Part shown: piece after piece, positions 35,997-45,926 of the stretch
Numbering within the stretch: the stretch's first letter is position 1
How the letters are laid out: every line of letters starts with the position of its first letter
IMG/VR virus record: IMGVR_UViG_3300042090_001530
Coordinates: 1 to 64,000 of that record
DNA: 64,000 bases
DNA from: a virus
Lineage: Duplodnaviria > Caudoviricetes
Strand: one strand, 5' to 3'
The notes under the pieces: model-generated
Databases searched by the model: none
What the model saw: the letters and a program-made list of their open reading frames with translations, nothing else
Told to the model about the DNA's origin: nothing
Translations under genes and position numbers: made by a program

Positions 35997-36022
35997 CGAC
36001 CCGAGCCGATACGGAGGTGCCC

Positions 36023-36643
36023 GTGGATCGCTACGACACCCCCGGATGGGAAGGCTCGGTCGGCCCATTCCCCGACGACTACACCAAGCCCCACGTATAC
36101 GCACGCGACATCTGCTCCGGCGCCGGCAACTGCGTCTGCGGCATAGGGCTACCCGACGAGATCCACGTCCAAGCAGCGCCCGGCATCGACATCCCCGGGA
36201 GAGCAATCGTCGTCCCGTCCCGCTACCTGGGCAAGTCCGCCGAGGAACAGCGCTACGTGCTCGGCGTTGGGTATCAACCGGGCCCCGACCCGCGAATCGC
36301 CCGCGGCGCCGACGGGTACCGCGACTACTTCACTGCCGAGGAACTCGAGAAGGCCGCATGGTCCTTCCTCAAGAGCGGCGGCCAGATAGGGCTGTTCCAT
36401 GAGGACGGCACCCTCGGACATGCGACGCCCGTCGAAAGCTACGTGCATCGTGCCCCCGACTGGGATCAGGGCAACGGCATTGTCATCAAGACCGGCACCT
36501 GGCTCATCGGCGCCATCTGTGACGACATCGCGTGGCAGCTAGTCAAATCCGGACGTGTCACCGGCTTCTCGCCGCAGGGGTTCGCGAAGCGCCGTCGCCC
36601 CTCCATCCCACCGAACTCCACGAGGGAGCTGTGCCGTGTCTGA
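36023..36643 (+). CDS. XkdF-like putative prohead serine protease
   Basis: EEQRYVLGVGYQP...ELEKAAW...GLFH...PVESY...GTWL...VKSGRVTGFSPQG; GGAGG RBS. Confidence 0.8.
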   Translation: MDRYDTPGWEGSVGPFPDDYTKPHVYARDICSGAGNCVCGIGLPDEIHVQAAPGIDIPGRAIVVPSRYLGKSAEEQRYVLGVGYQPGPDPRIARGADGYRDYFTAEELEKAAWSFLKSGGQIGLFHEDGTLGHATPVESYVHRAPDWDQGNGIVIKTGTWLIGAICDDIAWQLVKSGRVTGFSPQGFAKRRRPSIPPNSTRELCRV

Positions 36644-38933
36644 CGCGCAACCGGAGGAGTGGACGGAACTCTACGACCCTGAGGTGCCAGAGATGCACAT
36701 GGTCGGCAAAGGGGCTAACGGCTTCCCCGAATTCCTGATCATCAAGCAGGACGCCGAGGGCGGCCTGTTCGAAGCCGACTACGTACGCGAACTCATTGCC
36801 AAGGCCGACGCGGAGCACCCCCCGGCCACTGACCCGCGGGAGACGGTGACCATGAGCGGCAGCCCCGCAGCGATCGCAGCACTCATCCACGGCGCCGCAG
36901 TGCGCAAGGCCACGCCGGAGCCTGCGCCCGTCGAAGACGACGTGGCCAAAGCGGAGGAATCCACCGCGACCCAGAACGACTTGCCCGACTCTGCCTTCGC
37001 GTACATCGAAAGCGGTGGCACGAAGGACGAGCACGGCCGCACCGTCCCGCGGTCCCTGCGGCACTTCAACATCCACGACGCCGCGCACGTCCGCAACGCC
37101 CTGAGTCGAGCACCGCAGTCCCCGTTCGGCGACAAGGCCATGCCCAAGATCCGCGCCGCCGCGAAGCGCTTCGGGGTCGACGTATCCAAGGCCGAACAGG
37201 CCGCCCCCGAAACCAACGAGGTGAGCAAAGACATGGACGGTTCCGCGGGCATGCCGCTGGACGAAGGCATGGACGGGATGGACCCGACGGTCATCCTCGC
37301 GATGCCCGAAGAGGAAGCCCCGGGCGACCCGAACGACCCCGGCTCCCCGGCATGGGAGTCGATCGACGCCGCGACGGCCCTCAAGTGGACCGCGATCGCC
37401 GCCCGGCTGCGCTCCGCCCTCGGCATCATGTCCGACCGGGAGATGCTCGAAGCCGCCACCGCCGACCCGTCCGACGCCGACAACGCGATGGATCTCGACG
37501 ACGCCGCGTGCGCCGTGGACTTCGTGATCTCGACGCTCGCCCCGTTCGCGGTCGACGAGCAGGCGGAAGCCGACGAGGGCACCATGGCGATGGAGATGGT
37601 CGGCAAGGCGATGAGCACCCTCGACCCGGCCCACCTCGACACCGTCGAGACCCTCGGCACCGTCCGCAAGGCCGGGCGCGCCCTGAGCTCCGCGAACGAG
37701 AGCGCACTGCGCGCCGCGGTCAAGGCGCTCCAGCAGATCCTCGCGTCGCTGCCCCGCGCGGCCGACGCGCCCGCCCCGGCATCCGAGGGCGCCATGACGA
37801 AGGAGAGCGGCCTGCCGGTCGCCAAGACCGCGAACGAGGAGCCCGACATGCCGCAGACCACGACCGCCGAAGACACCACCACCGCATCTGGGCAGGCGCC
37901 CGCCATGGGCAGTGCATCCCCGGACCCGCAGCCCGTCGCCGGGACCGCCGTCACCGACGTGACGAAGACCGCCGACGCGCCGGTCGACCAGGCGGCGTTC
38001 GCCGAGATCGTCAAGCAGCTCGCGGCCGTGCTCAACTCGCAGGCCCCGGTCGCCAAGACCGATGGTGCCGCGAATGCAGAGCAGACCCCGGCCGCGCCGA
38101 TCGCCAAGGCTGAGGAGACTACGGCCGTCGAGACTGCGGCGGACGAGCCCGTCATCAAGGCCGAGCAGCCCGCGACCCCCGACGCCGCGCCCGTCGCGGA
38201 GCCGGCCAACGTGCAGAAGGCTGAGAAGCCGCCGCAGGTGGCGATCTACGACGCCAACGGCAACCTCGTCGGCACCGTCGACCCCGGCGAGATCACCATG
38301 CTCGCCCCCGCCAGGGCCCCCGAGCCCGCAGCCAAGGCCGACGACGCGGCACCGGACGAGCCCGCGGCCCCCGCCGCCGAGGCCCCGGCCACCCCGCCCA
38401 CAGATCTCGCCCCGCAGCCTCCGGCCGCGGCAGGCGTACCCGCCGACGCCGTCCCCGCCGACGACGCCATGACCAAGCAGGCCGCCAACGGCCAGCCCGA
38501 CAGCAACACCGCGACGCTCGAAAGCAGCGCCCCCGCCGACATCCTCAAGCAGGCCCTCGCCGACTACAGCGCCACACAGGGGCAGGCACTCGCCGCCCAG
38601 ATGGCGGACGTCCGCAAGGGACTGGAGGACCGCAACGCGGCGCTGGAAGAGGTCGTCAAGAACCTCCAGGCACAGATCGAAGAGCGCATCACTCGCATCG
38701 AGAACGCCCCCCCCGTCTACGCCATCGCCTCCAACGGCGCCATGCCCGACCCGCGCCACCTGCGCGGCCAGAACCAGGGCGCCCTCGCGGTCGACCCGGC
38801 CATCGGCCCCATGCTCAAGGCCCGCCTCGCCAACAGCGACGACGCCACCGAGCAGAAGCAGATCGCCGACGAGATGACCGAACGGGCCAACACCCTGTTC
38901 CAGCAGCTCCAGGCAGGCGCCCGGCAGCGGTAA
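36636..38933 (+). CDS. scaffold / head-assembly protein with DUF6582-like domain
   Basis: NDLPDSAFAYIESGG..DE.GRTVPRSLRHF.IHDAAHVRNALSR; long P/A-rich region and C-terminal coiled coil; lies between protease and capsid. Confidence 0.7.
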   Translation: MSDAQPEEWTELYDPEVPEMHMVGKGANGFPEFLIIKQDAEGGLFEADYVRELIAKADAEHPPATDPRETVTMSGSPAAIAALIHGAAVRKATPEPAPVEDDVAKAEESTATQNDLPDSAFAYIESGGTKDEHGRTVPRSLRHFNIHDAAHVRNALSRAPQSPFGDKAMPKIRAAAKRFGVDVSKAEQAAPETNEVSKDMDGSAGMPLDEGMDGMDPTVILAMPEEEAPGDPNDPGSPAWESIDAATALKWTAIAARLRSALGIMSDREMLEAATADPSDADNAMDLDDAACAVDFVISTLAPFAVDEQAEADEGTMAMEMVGKAMSTLDPAHLDTVETLGTVRKAGRALSSANESALRAAVKALQQILASLPRAADAPAPASEGAMTKESGLPVAKTANEEPDMPQTTTAEDTTTASGQAPAMGSASPDPQPVAGTAVTDVTKTADAPVDQAAFAEIVKQLAAVLNSQAPVAKTDGAANAEQTPAAPIAKAEETTAVETAADEPVIKAEQPATPDAAPVAEPANVQKAEKPPQVAIYDANGNLVGTVDPGEITMLAPARAPEPAAKADDAAPDEPAAPAAEAPATPPTDLAPQPPAAAGVPADAVPADDAMTKQAANGQPDSNTATLESSAPADILKQALADYSATQGQALAAQMADVRKGLEDRNAALEEVVKNLQAQIEERITRIENAPPVYAIASNGAMPDPRHLRGQNQGALAVDPAIGPMLKARLANSDDATEQKQIADEMTERANTLFQQLQAGARQR

Positions 38934-38960
38934 CGCGCCGAGCACGACCTTCCTTCCTTC

Positions 38961-38990
38961 AAGCCCCCGAGCGCCAGGCGCCGGGGGCTT
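38961..38990 (+). terminator. hairpin between scaffold and capsid genes
   Basis: AAGCCCCCG...CGGGGGCTT stem followed by T. Confidence 0.45.
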
Positions 38991-39014
38991 TGCCATGCCC
39001 AGAAAGAGGCATCC

Positions 39015-40517
39015 ATGAGCGCCCTCATGCAGGACGTGACCGAGGAGACCATCGCCGCGATCAGCAAGGCTCAGACCGCGGGCATCCTTGAGAACACGGG
39101 TATTTACAGCTATGACCTGTCCGAGCTCGTCACCCTGATCCCCGTGGTGACGCCCTTCCGGGACCACGTGTCGCGGAAGCAGTCCCCTGATGGTAACCCG
39201 TTTGCCGTATGGCGAGCGATCATGAACCTGACGGACAGCCAGCCCGACCCGTCCATGGGCTTCGACTACGCAGCCAACGAAGCCCTGTTCGACGAGCAGG
39301 ACTTCCAGGCCCGATACAAGCCCACCGGCCTCGCCGGCCTCGTCACCCAGGACGCGTTCGACCTCGCCAAGGGATACGCCGACCCGTATGCGGTCGCCAC
39401 CTTCAACGTCCTGAACCAGGTCCTGATCGGCGACGACCGCAAGCTCCTCGGCGGCCAGTCCTTCGCCCTCGCCGCCTCCACCGCGCCCACCATCACCCAG
39501 CACGCCACCGGCGGCACCATCGGCGCCGTCACCCCCTACGTCGGCGTCGCAGCGCGAACCGGCTCCGGCTACTACTACGGCTCCGGCAACAGCCAAGGCG
39601 CATCCAACAGCACCACCTTCGGCTCCGGCAGCACCAACTCGCTCACCGCCAGCACCACCGCGCAGCGCGGCGCCGTCGCCTACGACTGGTTCCAGTCGCC
39701 CACCGGGCTCGCCGGCTCGTGGCTCTACTACACCACCACCACCGTCAACACCGTGACGATGACCTCCATCATCACCTCCCCCAACGCCCTACCCGCCACC
39801 CTGCCCGACCTCCAGACCAACTTCTGGAAGGGCTCCAACACCAGCGCCACCCCCACCTACAACGCCGCCGCCGACAACGGCAGCGCCAACGCCCCCGACT
39901 ACGACGGATTCCTCGCGAGCCTCTCTGGCGACTTCAGCGGCACCGGCCAGTGGGTCCAGCCCGGCACCGGCACCGCCAACCCCAGCGTCGTCAACACCCT
40001 CAACGGCGCCGCCCTCACCCTCACCGGCGGCAGCATCACCGAGATCGAGCAGCTGCTGTTCCTGCCGCTGTGGAACCAGGTCAAGACGTCGCCCACCGCG
40101 CTCATGGTCAACGCCGCGCAGGCTCAGGAGATCGCCAACCTCGTCCTCGGCTCCAACAGTGCGACCACCTTCCTCAACACCGACGCATCCGGCCGTATCT
40201 CCGTCACCGCTGGTGGCCGGGTCGGCGAGATCGTCAACGCCCCGGCAGGCGGCGTCACCGTGCCCATTGAGGTGCACGTTTCCCTGCCGCCTGGCACCAT
40301 CATCGCCCGCAGCGACCGGGTCCCGTTCCCGCAGGCGAACATCGCATCAGTGCTCGAATACAGGGCGCTGCGCGATACGGCGCAGTACGACTACGGGATC
40401 TCCCGCATCGCGGGAACCCCCGGCGGAGGCCCTCGCCGTGAATTCGAGATCAGGAGCGTGGGTGCCTTCCTGAATCGTGCGCCCGTAGCGAACGCGGTAC
40501 TCAACTGCATTTCGTAG
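39015..40517 (+). CDS. major capsid protein with inserted beta-rich domain
   Basis: Position after the scaffold, AAAGAGG RBS, HK97-like N and C parts, T/S/G-rich insertion. Confidence 0.75.
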   Translation: MSALMQDVTEETIAAISKAQTAGILENTGIYSYDLSELVTLIPVVTPFRDHVSRKQSPDGNPFAVWRAIMNLTDSQPDPSMGFDYAANEALFDEQDFQARYKPTGLAGLVTQDAFDLAKGYADPYAVATFNVLNQVLIGDDRKLLGGQSFALAASTAPTITQHATGGTIGAVTPYVGVAARTGSGYYYGSGNSQGASNSTTFGSGSTNSLTASTTAQRGAVAYDWFQSPTGLAGSWLYYTTTTVNTVTMTSIITSPNALPATLPDLQTNFWKGSNTSATPTYNAAADNGSANAPDYDGFLASLSGDFSGTGQWVQPGTGTANPSVVNTLNGAALTLTGGSITEIEQLLFLPLWNQVKTSPTALMVNAAQAQEIANLVLGSNSATTFLNTDASGRISVTAGGRVGEIVNAPAGGVTVPIEVHVSLPPGTIIARSDRVPFPQANIASVLEYRALRDTAQYDYGISRIAGTPGGGPRREFEIRSVGAFLNRAPVANAVLNCIS

Positions 40518-40564
40518 GCCCCACCTGCGGTGATGTGACCCGTCCGTCAGTGCACTGACGGAAA

Positions 40565-40783
40565 ATGTGGTATCCTGGCAGTAGCGAAAACCACTACTGC
40601 CAGGGGCCAATAATGAAGATCAAGCGTGGGGATCCCTGCATATTCCTGGCGAACGGACCGATCGCTGATGGTCTCGATGTTCATCACAAGTGCCTGAGAC
40701 GAAGTTGCGTGCGCGAATCCCACTTGGACGCGATTTCGCGTTCCGAGAATCTGCGCTTGCGCGCGAACCGAAGAGACGAATAG
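40565..40783 (+). pseudogene. HNH endonuclease remnant
   Basis: IADGLDVHHKCLRRSCVRESHLDAISRSENL is an HNH_3-like core without the N-terminal part; lower GC. Confidence 0.6.
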
Positions 40784-40808
40784 CAGCAGCCTGCGGGCTG
40801 CGTTCCCG

Positions 40809-40838
40809 AGGCCGGAAGCATCCGCTTCCGGCCTTTTT
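40809..40838 (+). terminator. Rho-independent terminator
   Basis: AGGCCGGAAGC-ATCC-GCTTCCGGCCT followed by TTTT. Confidence 0.8.
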
Positions 40839-40879
40839 GCATGCCCGCGCGGCCCGCCGCGCCATCTCAAGGAGGCTCT

Positions 40880-41566
40880 ATGCCCACGCAGCTTGTGACT
40901 GGCGGCCCGAACGGCCCGCTGGCGGCCGAGACGACCGGCGACACGATGAACGGCCCGCTGACGTTGTCCAACCAGAGCGCGGGGCCGGGCGCGACTGCCG
41001 GGGCCGCATCGTTGTATGCGGTCGGCGGCCAGGCGACGTCGGTGAACCCGCAGGGTCTGGTGTCGACGCTGGTCGGTTCGCAGGGTGGCCTGCTTACTGC
41101 GGGTCTGGTGACGGTCGCGAACACGGCGACTGAGTCTCTGGTGTACGGCGTGTCGATTCCGGCGGGGGACCCGGTGGCGGGGTCGGTGTACCGGCTGGAG
41201 GCGTGGGGTGTGTTCAGCGCCACGAGCACGCCGACGATCGCGTTCACGTCGCGTCTGGGCGGCACGTCGGGTACGTCGCTGGCGGCGCTTCCGGCGTTCA
41301 CGCTGGCGGCGCTGACATCGGCGCCGTGGAAGATCAGGGCGGTTCTGAACTTCCTGTCGGCGACGACCGCGCAGTGTCTGCTGGAGGTCGATCTGGATTC
41401 TTCGACGTCGAGCGACGTGGCGGGGCGTTTCATCTCGACCCCGACCGCTGCGGTGACTGTGGCGACCGCCACTGCGAAGGTGTGGCAGATCGACGTGACG
41501 TGGGGTACTGCGGCGGCGGGCAACACCCTCAGCCTGCTGGGCGGCTACAGCGAGCGGGTCGCGTAG
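40880..41566 (+). CDS. virion structural / decoration protein
   Basis: AAGGAGG RBS; T/A/G-rich and beta-rich. Confidence 0.65.
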   Translation: MPTQLVTGGPNGPLAAETTGDTMNGPLTLSNQSAGPGATAGAASLYAVGGQATSVNPQGLVSTLVGSQGGLLTAGLVTVANTATESLVYGVSIPAGDPVAGSVYRLEAWGVFSATSTPTIAFTSRLGGTSGTSLAALPAFTLAALTSAPWKIRAVLNFLSATTAQCLLEVDLDSSTSSDVAGRFISTPTAAVTVATATAKVWQIDVTWGTAAAGNTLSLLGGYSERVA

Positions 41567-41713
41567 ATCATCAGTGGCTTGTCGCCGCGCCTGGCGGTGC
41601 GGCGCGTGCTGGCCATGCAGCTTCAGCGCTGCGTTCTATCGCGATGGGCCGGAAGCCTCCCCGCTTCCGACCCTTTCGCGTGTCCCGGATCCAACTATCA
41701 AGGGAGCGCTCGA

Positions 41714-42319
41714 ATGCGCCTTTACACGACTACGGGCGCGACTCGAGTCGACGACCCGGTTCATGGAACGTTCGTCGTCGGCGACAACGACGCGTTCGAT
41801 TTCCCGAACGAGCTGTCTGACCGCCTGCACGGCGTGCACGTGAGGGGGAAGGCGGTTTGGGAGACCGACGATGAGCGGGTGACTCGCGTCAACGAGGAGC
41901 AGCTCAAGTCCGTCAGGGATCCGGCGGCGCTGTATTCGGCGGTGCGGGAGATGTCGGAGACGCAGAAGGGCTTGTCGGTCGGGCAGAACGTGCTGCTGGC
42001 TGCGGTGGTGAAGGCGCTGGGCATCGACATCCCGGGCGTGACCGCGGCGCCCGTGGCCGTCCCGGCGATCGTTCCGGCTGTCCCGCCGACTCCGGTTGCC
42101 GAGGAGGATCCGGCCGGCGAGGTCGAGGAGCCCGTGGCCGTCAAGGAGCCTGCCAAGAAGCCGGAGCCTGCCTCGCCCGCGAAGAAGGCTGAGGCCGAGC
42201 CCGCCGCGAAGGCGGCTCCGGTGTCGGTTCCGGATGTGCCGGTGGCTGCCGAGGCCGCGTCGAAGCCTGCGCGTGGCGGTCGCAAGAGTGCGGCGTCTTC
42301 GTCCGCCCCGTCGGCGTAG
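41714..42319 (+). CDS. hypothetical head-associated protein with P/A/E/K-rich tail
   Basis: GGGAG RBS; position within the head-completion region. Confidence 0.65.
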   Translation: MRLYTTTGATRVDDPVHGTFVVGDNDAFDFPNELSDRLHGVHVRGKAVWETDDERVTRVNEEQLKSVRDPAALYSAVREMSETQKGLSVGQNVLLAAVVKALGIDIPGVTAAPVAVPAIVPAVPPTPVAEEDPAGEVEEPVAVKEPAKKPEPASPAKKAEAEPAAKAAPVSVPDVPVAAEAASKPARGGRKSAASSSAPSA

Positions 42320-42375
42320 TTCGTTGGACGTCTCCGCACTCTAGGCGCTGGTCCGGCGGACGCGAGGGGGCGACT

Positions 42376-43356
42376 GTGGCAACGCCCTACATTAGTCCAT
42401 CCATGATCAAAAACGCGTCCGTCGGCGTCCCGTGGGACCAACTTCCGTACCTTGGGGCCTCCGAGGAGGCTCAGTTACAAGAGCTATACGCGATCGTGTG
42501 GCGATCCACTTCCATCGTCGACTCGTACTGCAATGGCGTCCTGCGCTCCACGATCGACAACGAGACGCTGACCGGCCCCGGCACCGCGCGCTTCGGGTTC
42601 CAGCAGGGCAGCGGCCTGGGCTTTCTCTACATGCGCCGCTGGCCGGTGACTGCAGTGCTCGGGATCCAGATGTCGTGGAACCGGTCGTTCCCGCGCGAAT
42701 GGTCAACGATCCCTGCCGGCCAGTACGACATCAACCATCCGCTGATCAACATGTACGCGGATACCGCGTCGGCGACTGCCCCTGACGGCGGGTCGTCGAT
42801 CCTGGTCAACCCGTGCGCGCTCTACCCGGCGGCAGTGGGCGGCTCGATCTACGCCCCTGCGCGGGCCCGTCAGCCGGTGCGCAACTCTCTGCGGCTGATC
42901 GTGTCGTACACGAACGGCTGGCCGCACACCAGCTTGACCACGGCGGCCGATGCGGGCGCGTCCGCGATCGAGGTGGACGACGTGACGGGCTGGACGGGCG
43001 CGGCCGGGTTCATGTACGACGGCGCCTCGACCGAGCCGATCTCGGTGACGGCGGTGTCCGCGATCAGTCCGGTGGAGTTGCCGAACGGCATCGGCACCGC
43101 GCAGGCGGGCCCGGGGACGTTGACGCTCGCGTCGCCGCTGGCGTTTTCGCACGACGTGGGCGTGTTGACGACGGCGCTGCCGGCGAACGTGCTGGACGCG
43201 GCGATTCTGGCGTCGGCGGCGCAGGTGATCGGCCAGGGGATTCAGGCGATCGCGGTGCAGACGCTGTCGGGTTCGACGTCGCTGGGCGGCAAGGGCGTGG
43301 CGGACATCGAGGGCATGTACAAGAAGCTGCTTGATCCGTATGTCCGGGTGATCTGA
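42376..43356 (+). CDS. head-tail adaptor
   Basis: YISPS...ASVGVPW...STSIVDSYC...; ends LLDPYVRV; gene order. Confidence 0.65.
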   Translation: MATPYISPSMIKNASVGVPWDQLPYLGASEEAQLQELYAIVWRSTSIVDSYCNGVLRSTIDNETLTGPGTARFGFQQGSGLGFLYMRRWPVTAVLGIQMSWNRSFPREWSTIPAGQYDINHPLINMYADTASATAPDGGSSILVNPCALYPAAVGGSIYAPARARQPVRNSLRLIVSYTNGWPHTSLTTAADAGASAIEVDDVTGWTGAAGFMYDGASTEPISVTAVSAISPVELPNGIGTAQAGPGTLTLASPLAFSHDVGVLTTALPANVLDAAILASAAQVIGQGIQAIAVQTLSGSTSLGGKGVADIEGMYKKLLDPYVRVI

Positions 43357-43836
43357 ATGCCCATGCTGAGCGTGCTGACGAAGGTCCAGGAGATCCTCAA
43401 CGATCTCCCGATCCCCGGTGGCACGCAGACTTTGCAGGCGTTCATCGTGCCGCCGCTGGCGCACAAGCCGATCCGCCCTACCGCGGTGGTGTGGGCGAGC
43501 CGGGCGCCGGTGGACCGGCGGTCGATGCCGCGTGGCGAGGGCTTCAAGCAGATCGTGTGGACCGTGGACGTGTGGCTGATGTACCTGATGAGCCCTCAGG
43601 TCCCGAACCTCGAGCAGCAGTATCCGCTGGTGGTGGATGCGGTGATGGCCGCGATGTGGGCGACTCCGATGGCGGTGACGTTGACGGATCCGGTGACGGG
43701 TCTGGTGACGCAGATGACGTCGATCGGCGAGGTGTTCACGGTGGAGAACGCGCCGGTGCGGTCGCCGGAGGGGCAGTCGATGTACTACTTCACGGGGAAG
43801 ATCAGTTTCACGGTGAAGGAATGGCCGCAGGCCTGA
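43357..43836 (+). CDS. tail completion/terminator-like protein
   Basis: Gene order and size. Confidence 0.55.
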   Translation: MPMLSVLTKVQEILNDLPIPGGTQTLQAFIVPPLAHKPIRPTAVVWASRAPVDRRSMPRGEGFKQIVWTVDVWLMYLMSPQVPNLEQQYPLVVDAVMAAMWATPMAVTLTDPVTGLVTQMTSIGEVFTVENAPVRSPEGQSMYYFTGKISFTVKEWPQA

Positions 43837-43845
43837 GGGGGCGTC

Positions 43846-44301
43846 GTGTCTGATCCTCTGCTGTCGATGGGGTTCGCTGACATCGCAAAGGCGGCGGGTG
43901 AACTTGACGGCCTGGATGTCATCGAGGCGATGCGGGGCTGGGGCGCCGAGTGGGGTCCGAAGATGGTTCAGGCGATCCAGGCCGTGGTGCCCGGTGATAG
44001 CGGCGGCCCGCTGGAGCAGTCGATCACGTTCGCGGGCGTTGAGGCGGCGTCGGGCGGCGTGACGTTGTCGTGGACGACGGATAAGGATTACGCGGTCTAC
44101 CTGATCGAGGGCACGGAGGCGCACGGCCCGGCGCAGGCGAGCGTCATGCACTGGTCGGCGGGCGGCACCGACGTGTTCGCGAAGTGGGTGTCGGGGGTTG
44201 CGCCGAATACTTTCCCGCTGTCGACGGCGGTTGAGGGCTTGATGCCTGCGATGGCTGATTCGCTGGCTGACCTGCTTGCCGATCTGTCCAAGGAGTCCTG
44301 A
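43846..44301 (+). CDS. HK97-gp10-like neck protein
   Basis: LEQSI...YAVYLIEGT...HWS..VFAKWV...APN.F. Confidence 0.6.
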   Translation: MSDPLLSMGFADIAKAAGELDGLDVIEAMRGWGAEWGPKMVQAIQAVVPGDSGGPLEQSITFAGVEAASGGVTLSWTTDKDYAVYLIEGTEAHGPAQASVMHWSAGGTDVFAKWVSGVAPNTFPLSTAVEGLMPAMADSLADLLADLSKES

Positions 44302-44543
44302 TGGCTGCCGCTAACACTAAGAAGACCGCTGCCGCTCCGGAGAGCGCTGAGGCGGCGGACGCCGATGTCGCGGAGCCCGAGGCGCCTGCGTCGCTGGTGT
44401 CGGTGCGGTTCAACTGGCCTGTCGCCCACGCCGTCGCGGGCATGGGCACGTGCGAGCCGGGCGAGGTGCGCGAGGTGTCTGAGGCGGTTGCCGCGGATCT
44501 GTGTCGGGGCGATGTGCCGCTGTTCGTGCGCACGTCCGAGTAG
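44301..44543 (+). CDS. small hypothetical protein
   Basis: AAGGAG RBS; coupled start. Confidence 0.6.
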   Translation: MAAANTKKTAAAPESAEAADADVAEPEAPASLVSVRFNWPVAHAVAGMGTCEPGEVREVSEAVAADLCRGDVPLFVRTSE

Positions 44544-44666
44544 CTAGGACTCTCGGGGGTTTCTTTCTTTTGCGGGCTGGCCTGTTGGCCGGCCCGTTTT
44601 GCGTTCCTCGCCCGGCGTGGCCGTCGGCGATCTCTTGGCGCCTGTGCGCAGGAAGGTGGACGGTCC

Positions 44667-45908
44667 ATGCCTACGGCCCTGAAAGCGTTGTGGGGTTCGA
44701 TGTCGGACACGGGCGCGTGCCGTGAGGCGGTGTTCGGGACTCCGTTGACGCCGTCGTCGTATTTCCCGATGTCCGGGAACTCGATCAACCTGGATCCGGG
44801 CCTGTTCAGCCCGAAGGTCATGTTCGGACACAGGGAGGAAAATTCCTTCCCTCTGTACGGCCAGTACAAGAACTCTGGTTCGATCGGCGGCCCGCTGTTC
44901 CCGACGAACGGGGCGTTGTTCATCCCGGGCGGGATCGGCTTGGACGCGCAGCCCGGATACGGGGTGACGGGCACGTCGCCGACATCCGCGACAACGCTGG
45001 GCAGCCCGATCACCGCCAACTCGACAGCGTTCGCCCTGACGTCGGCGACGGGGTACGCGGTCGGGTCGATCATCCAGGTGGATGTGAATGTGCCGGCGAC
45101 GCCGACGACGTCGGAGTGCCGGAAGATCGCGACGCTGACGGGCACGACGGGCACGGTGGACGTGGCCTGGTCGTACGCGCACGCGTCGGGCGTGGCGGTG
45201 GATGTGGTGACGGCGCCGTTCACGCACAGCGTGCAGGAATCGGTGCAACTGTCCTCGTTCACGGTGGAGAAGAACCTTGGCGGCCCGGCCGTGTATGGCG
45301 GCGAGAGCATGCAGTTCGCGGGCTCCCGGGTGAACAAGCTGTCGGTCGCGGCGACGACGACGGACGCCGAGGCGACGGTGTCGGTGGACATGGTGGCGCA
45401 GTCGTATGCGATCCTGGACACGCCCTCGACGGTGTCGGTCATCAACGAGTCGCCGTACGTGTTCGCCGAAGGCACCGTGTCGCTGTTCGGGCAGACGGTG
45501 GCACAGGCGCAGAGTTTCAGCCTGGACATCGAGAACGGTCTGGTCAGCTCGTACACATTCAATCAGTCGCACAATCTCGAGTTCCTCTCCCCGGTGACGC
45601 TAGCCGTGTCGGGGAAGATCGACGTGATCTGGCAGTCCTTTGACGACACTACGTGGGGCTACCTGACGAAGGAAACCGCAGGCACGGGCGGCGCCTTGTC
45701 GTTCTCGCTGGCGCACCCCGGCTCGCCCACGGCAGGCTCGGTGACGTTCAGCTGCCCGAACGTTTATCTCAAGACCGTGCAGGAGCAGCCGAAGTTCGAG
45801 GACGTCGTGACCTCGACGCTCAACTTCATGGCGTTCCTGAATCTCGGTGCGGCCAACCCCAGCTGCATCTCGGCGACGATCGTGAACGCCACCTACCTGC
45901 CGCTTTGA
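44667..45908 (+). CDS. major tail (tube) protein
   Basis: Two genes upstream of the tape measure; SFTVEK...FAGSRVNKLS, SFSLDIENGL. Confidence 0.75.
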   Translation: MPTALKALWGSMSDTGACREAVFGTPLTPSSYFPMSGNSINLDPGLFSPKVMFGHREENSFPLYGQYKNSGSIGGPLFPTNGALFIPGGIGLDAQPGYGVTGTSPTSATTLGSPITANSTAFALTSATGYAVGSIIQVDVNVPATPTTSECRKIATLTGTTGTVDVAWSYAHASGVAVDVVTAPFTHSVQESVQLSSFTVEKNLGGPAVYGGESMQFAGSRVNKLSVAATTTDAEATVSVDMVAQSYAILDTPSTVSVINESPYVFAEGTVSLFGQTVAQAQSFSLDIENGLVSSYTFNQSHNLEFLSPVTLAVSGKIDVIWQSFDDTTWGYLTKETAGTGGALSFSLAHPGSPTAGSVTFSCPNVYLKTVQEQPKFEDVVTSTLNFMAFLNLGAANPSCISATIVNATYLPL

Positions 45909-45926
45909 TCCGCACCGCCCACTTTG

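Noticed and set aside
36558-39596. 1012-aa minus-strand ORF
   Set aside because: Antisense shadow of the scaffold and capsid genes.
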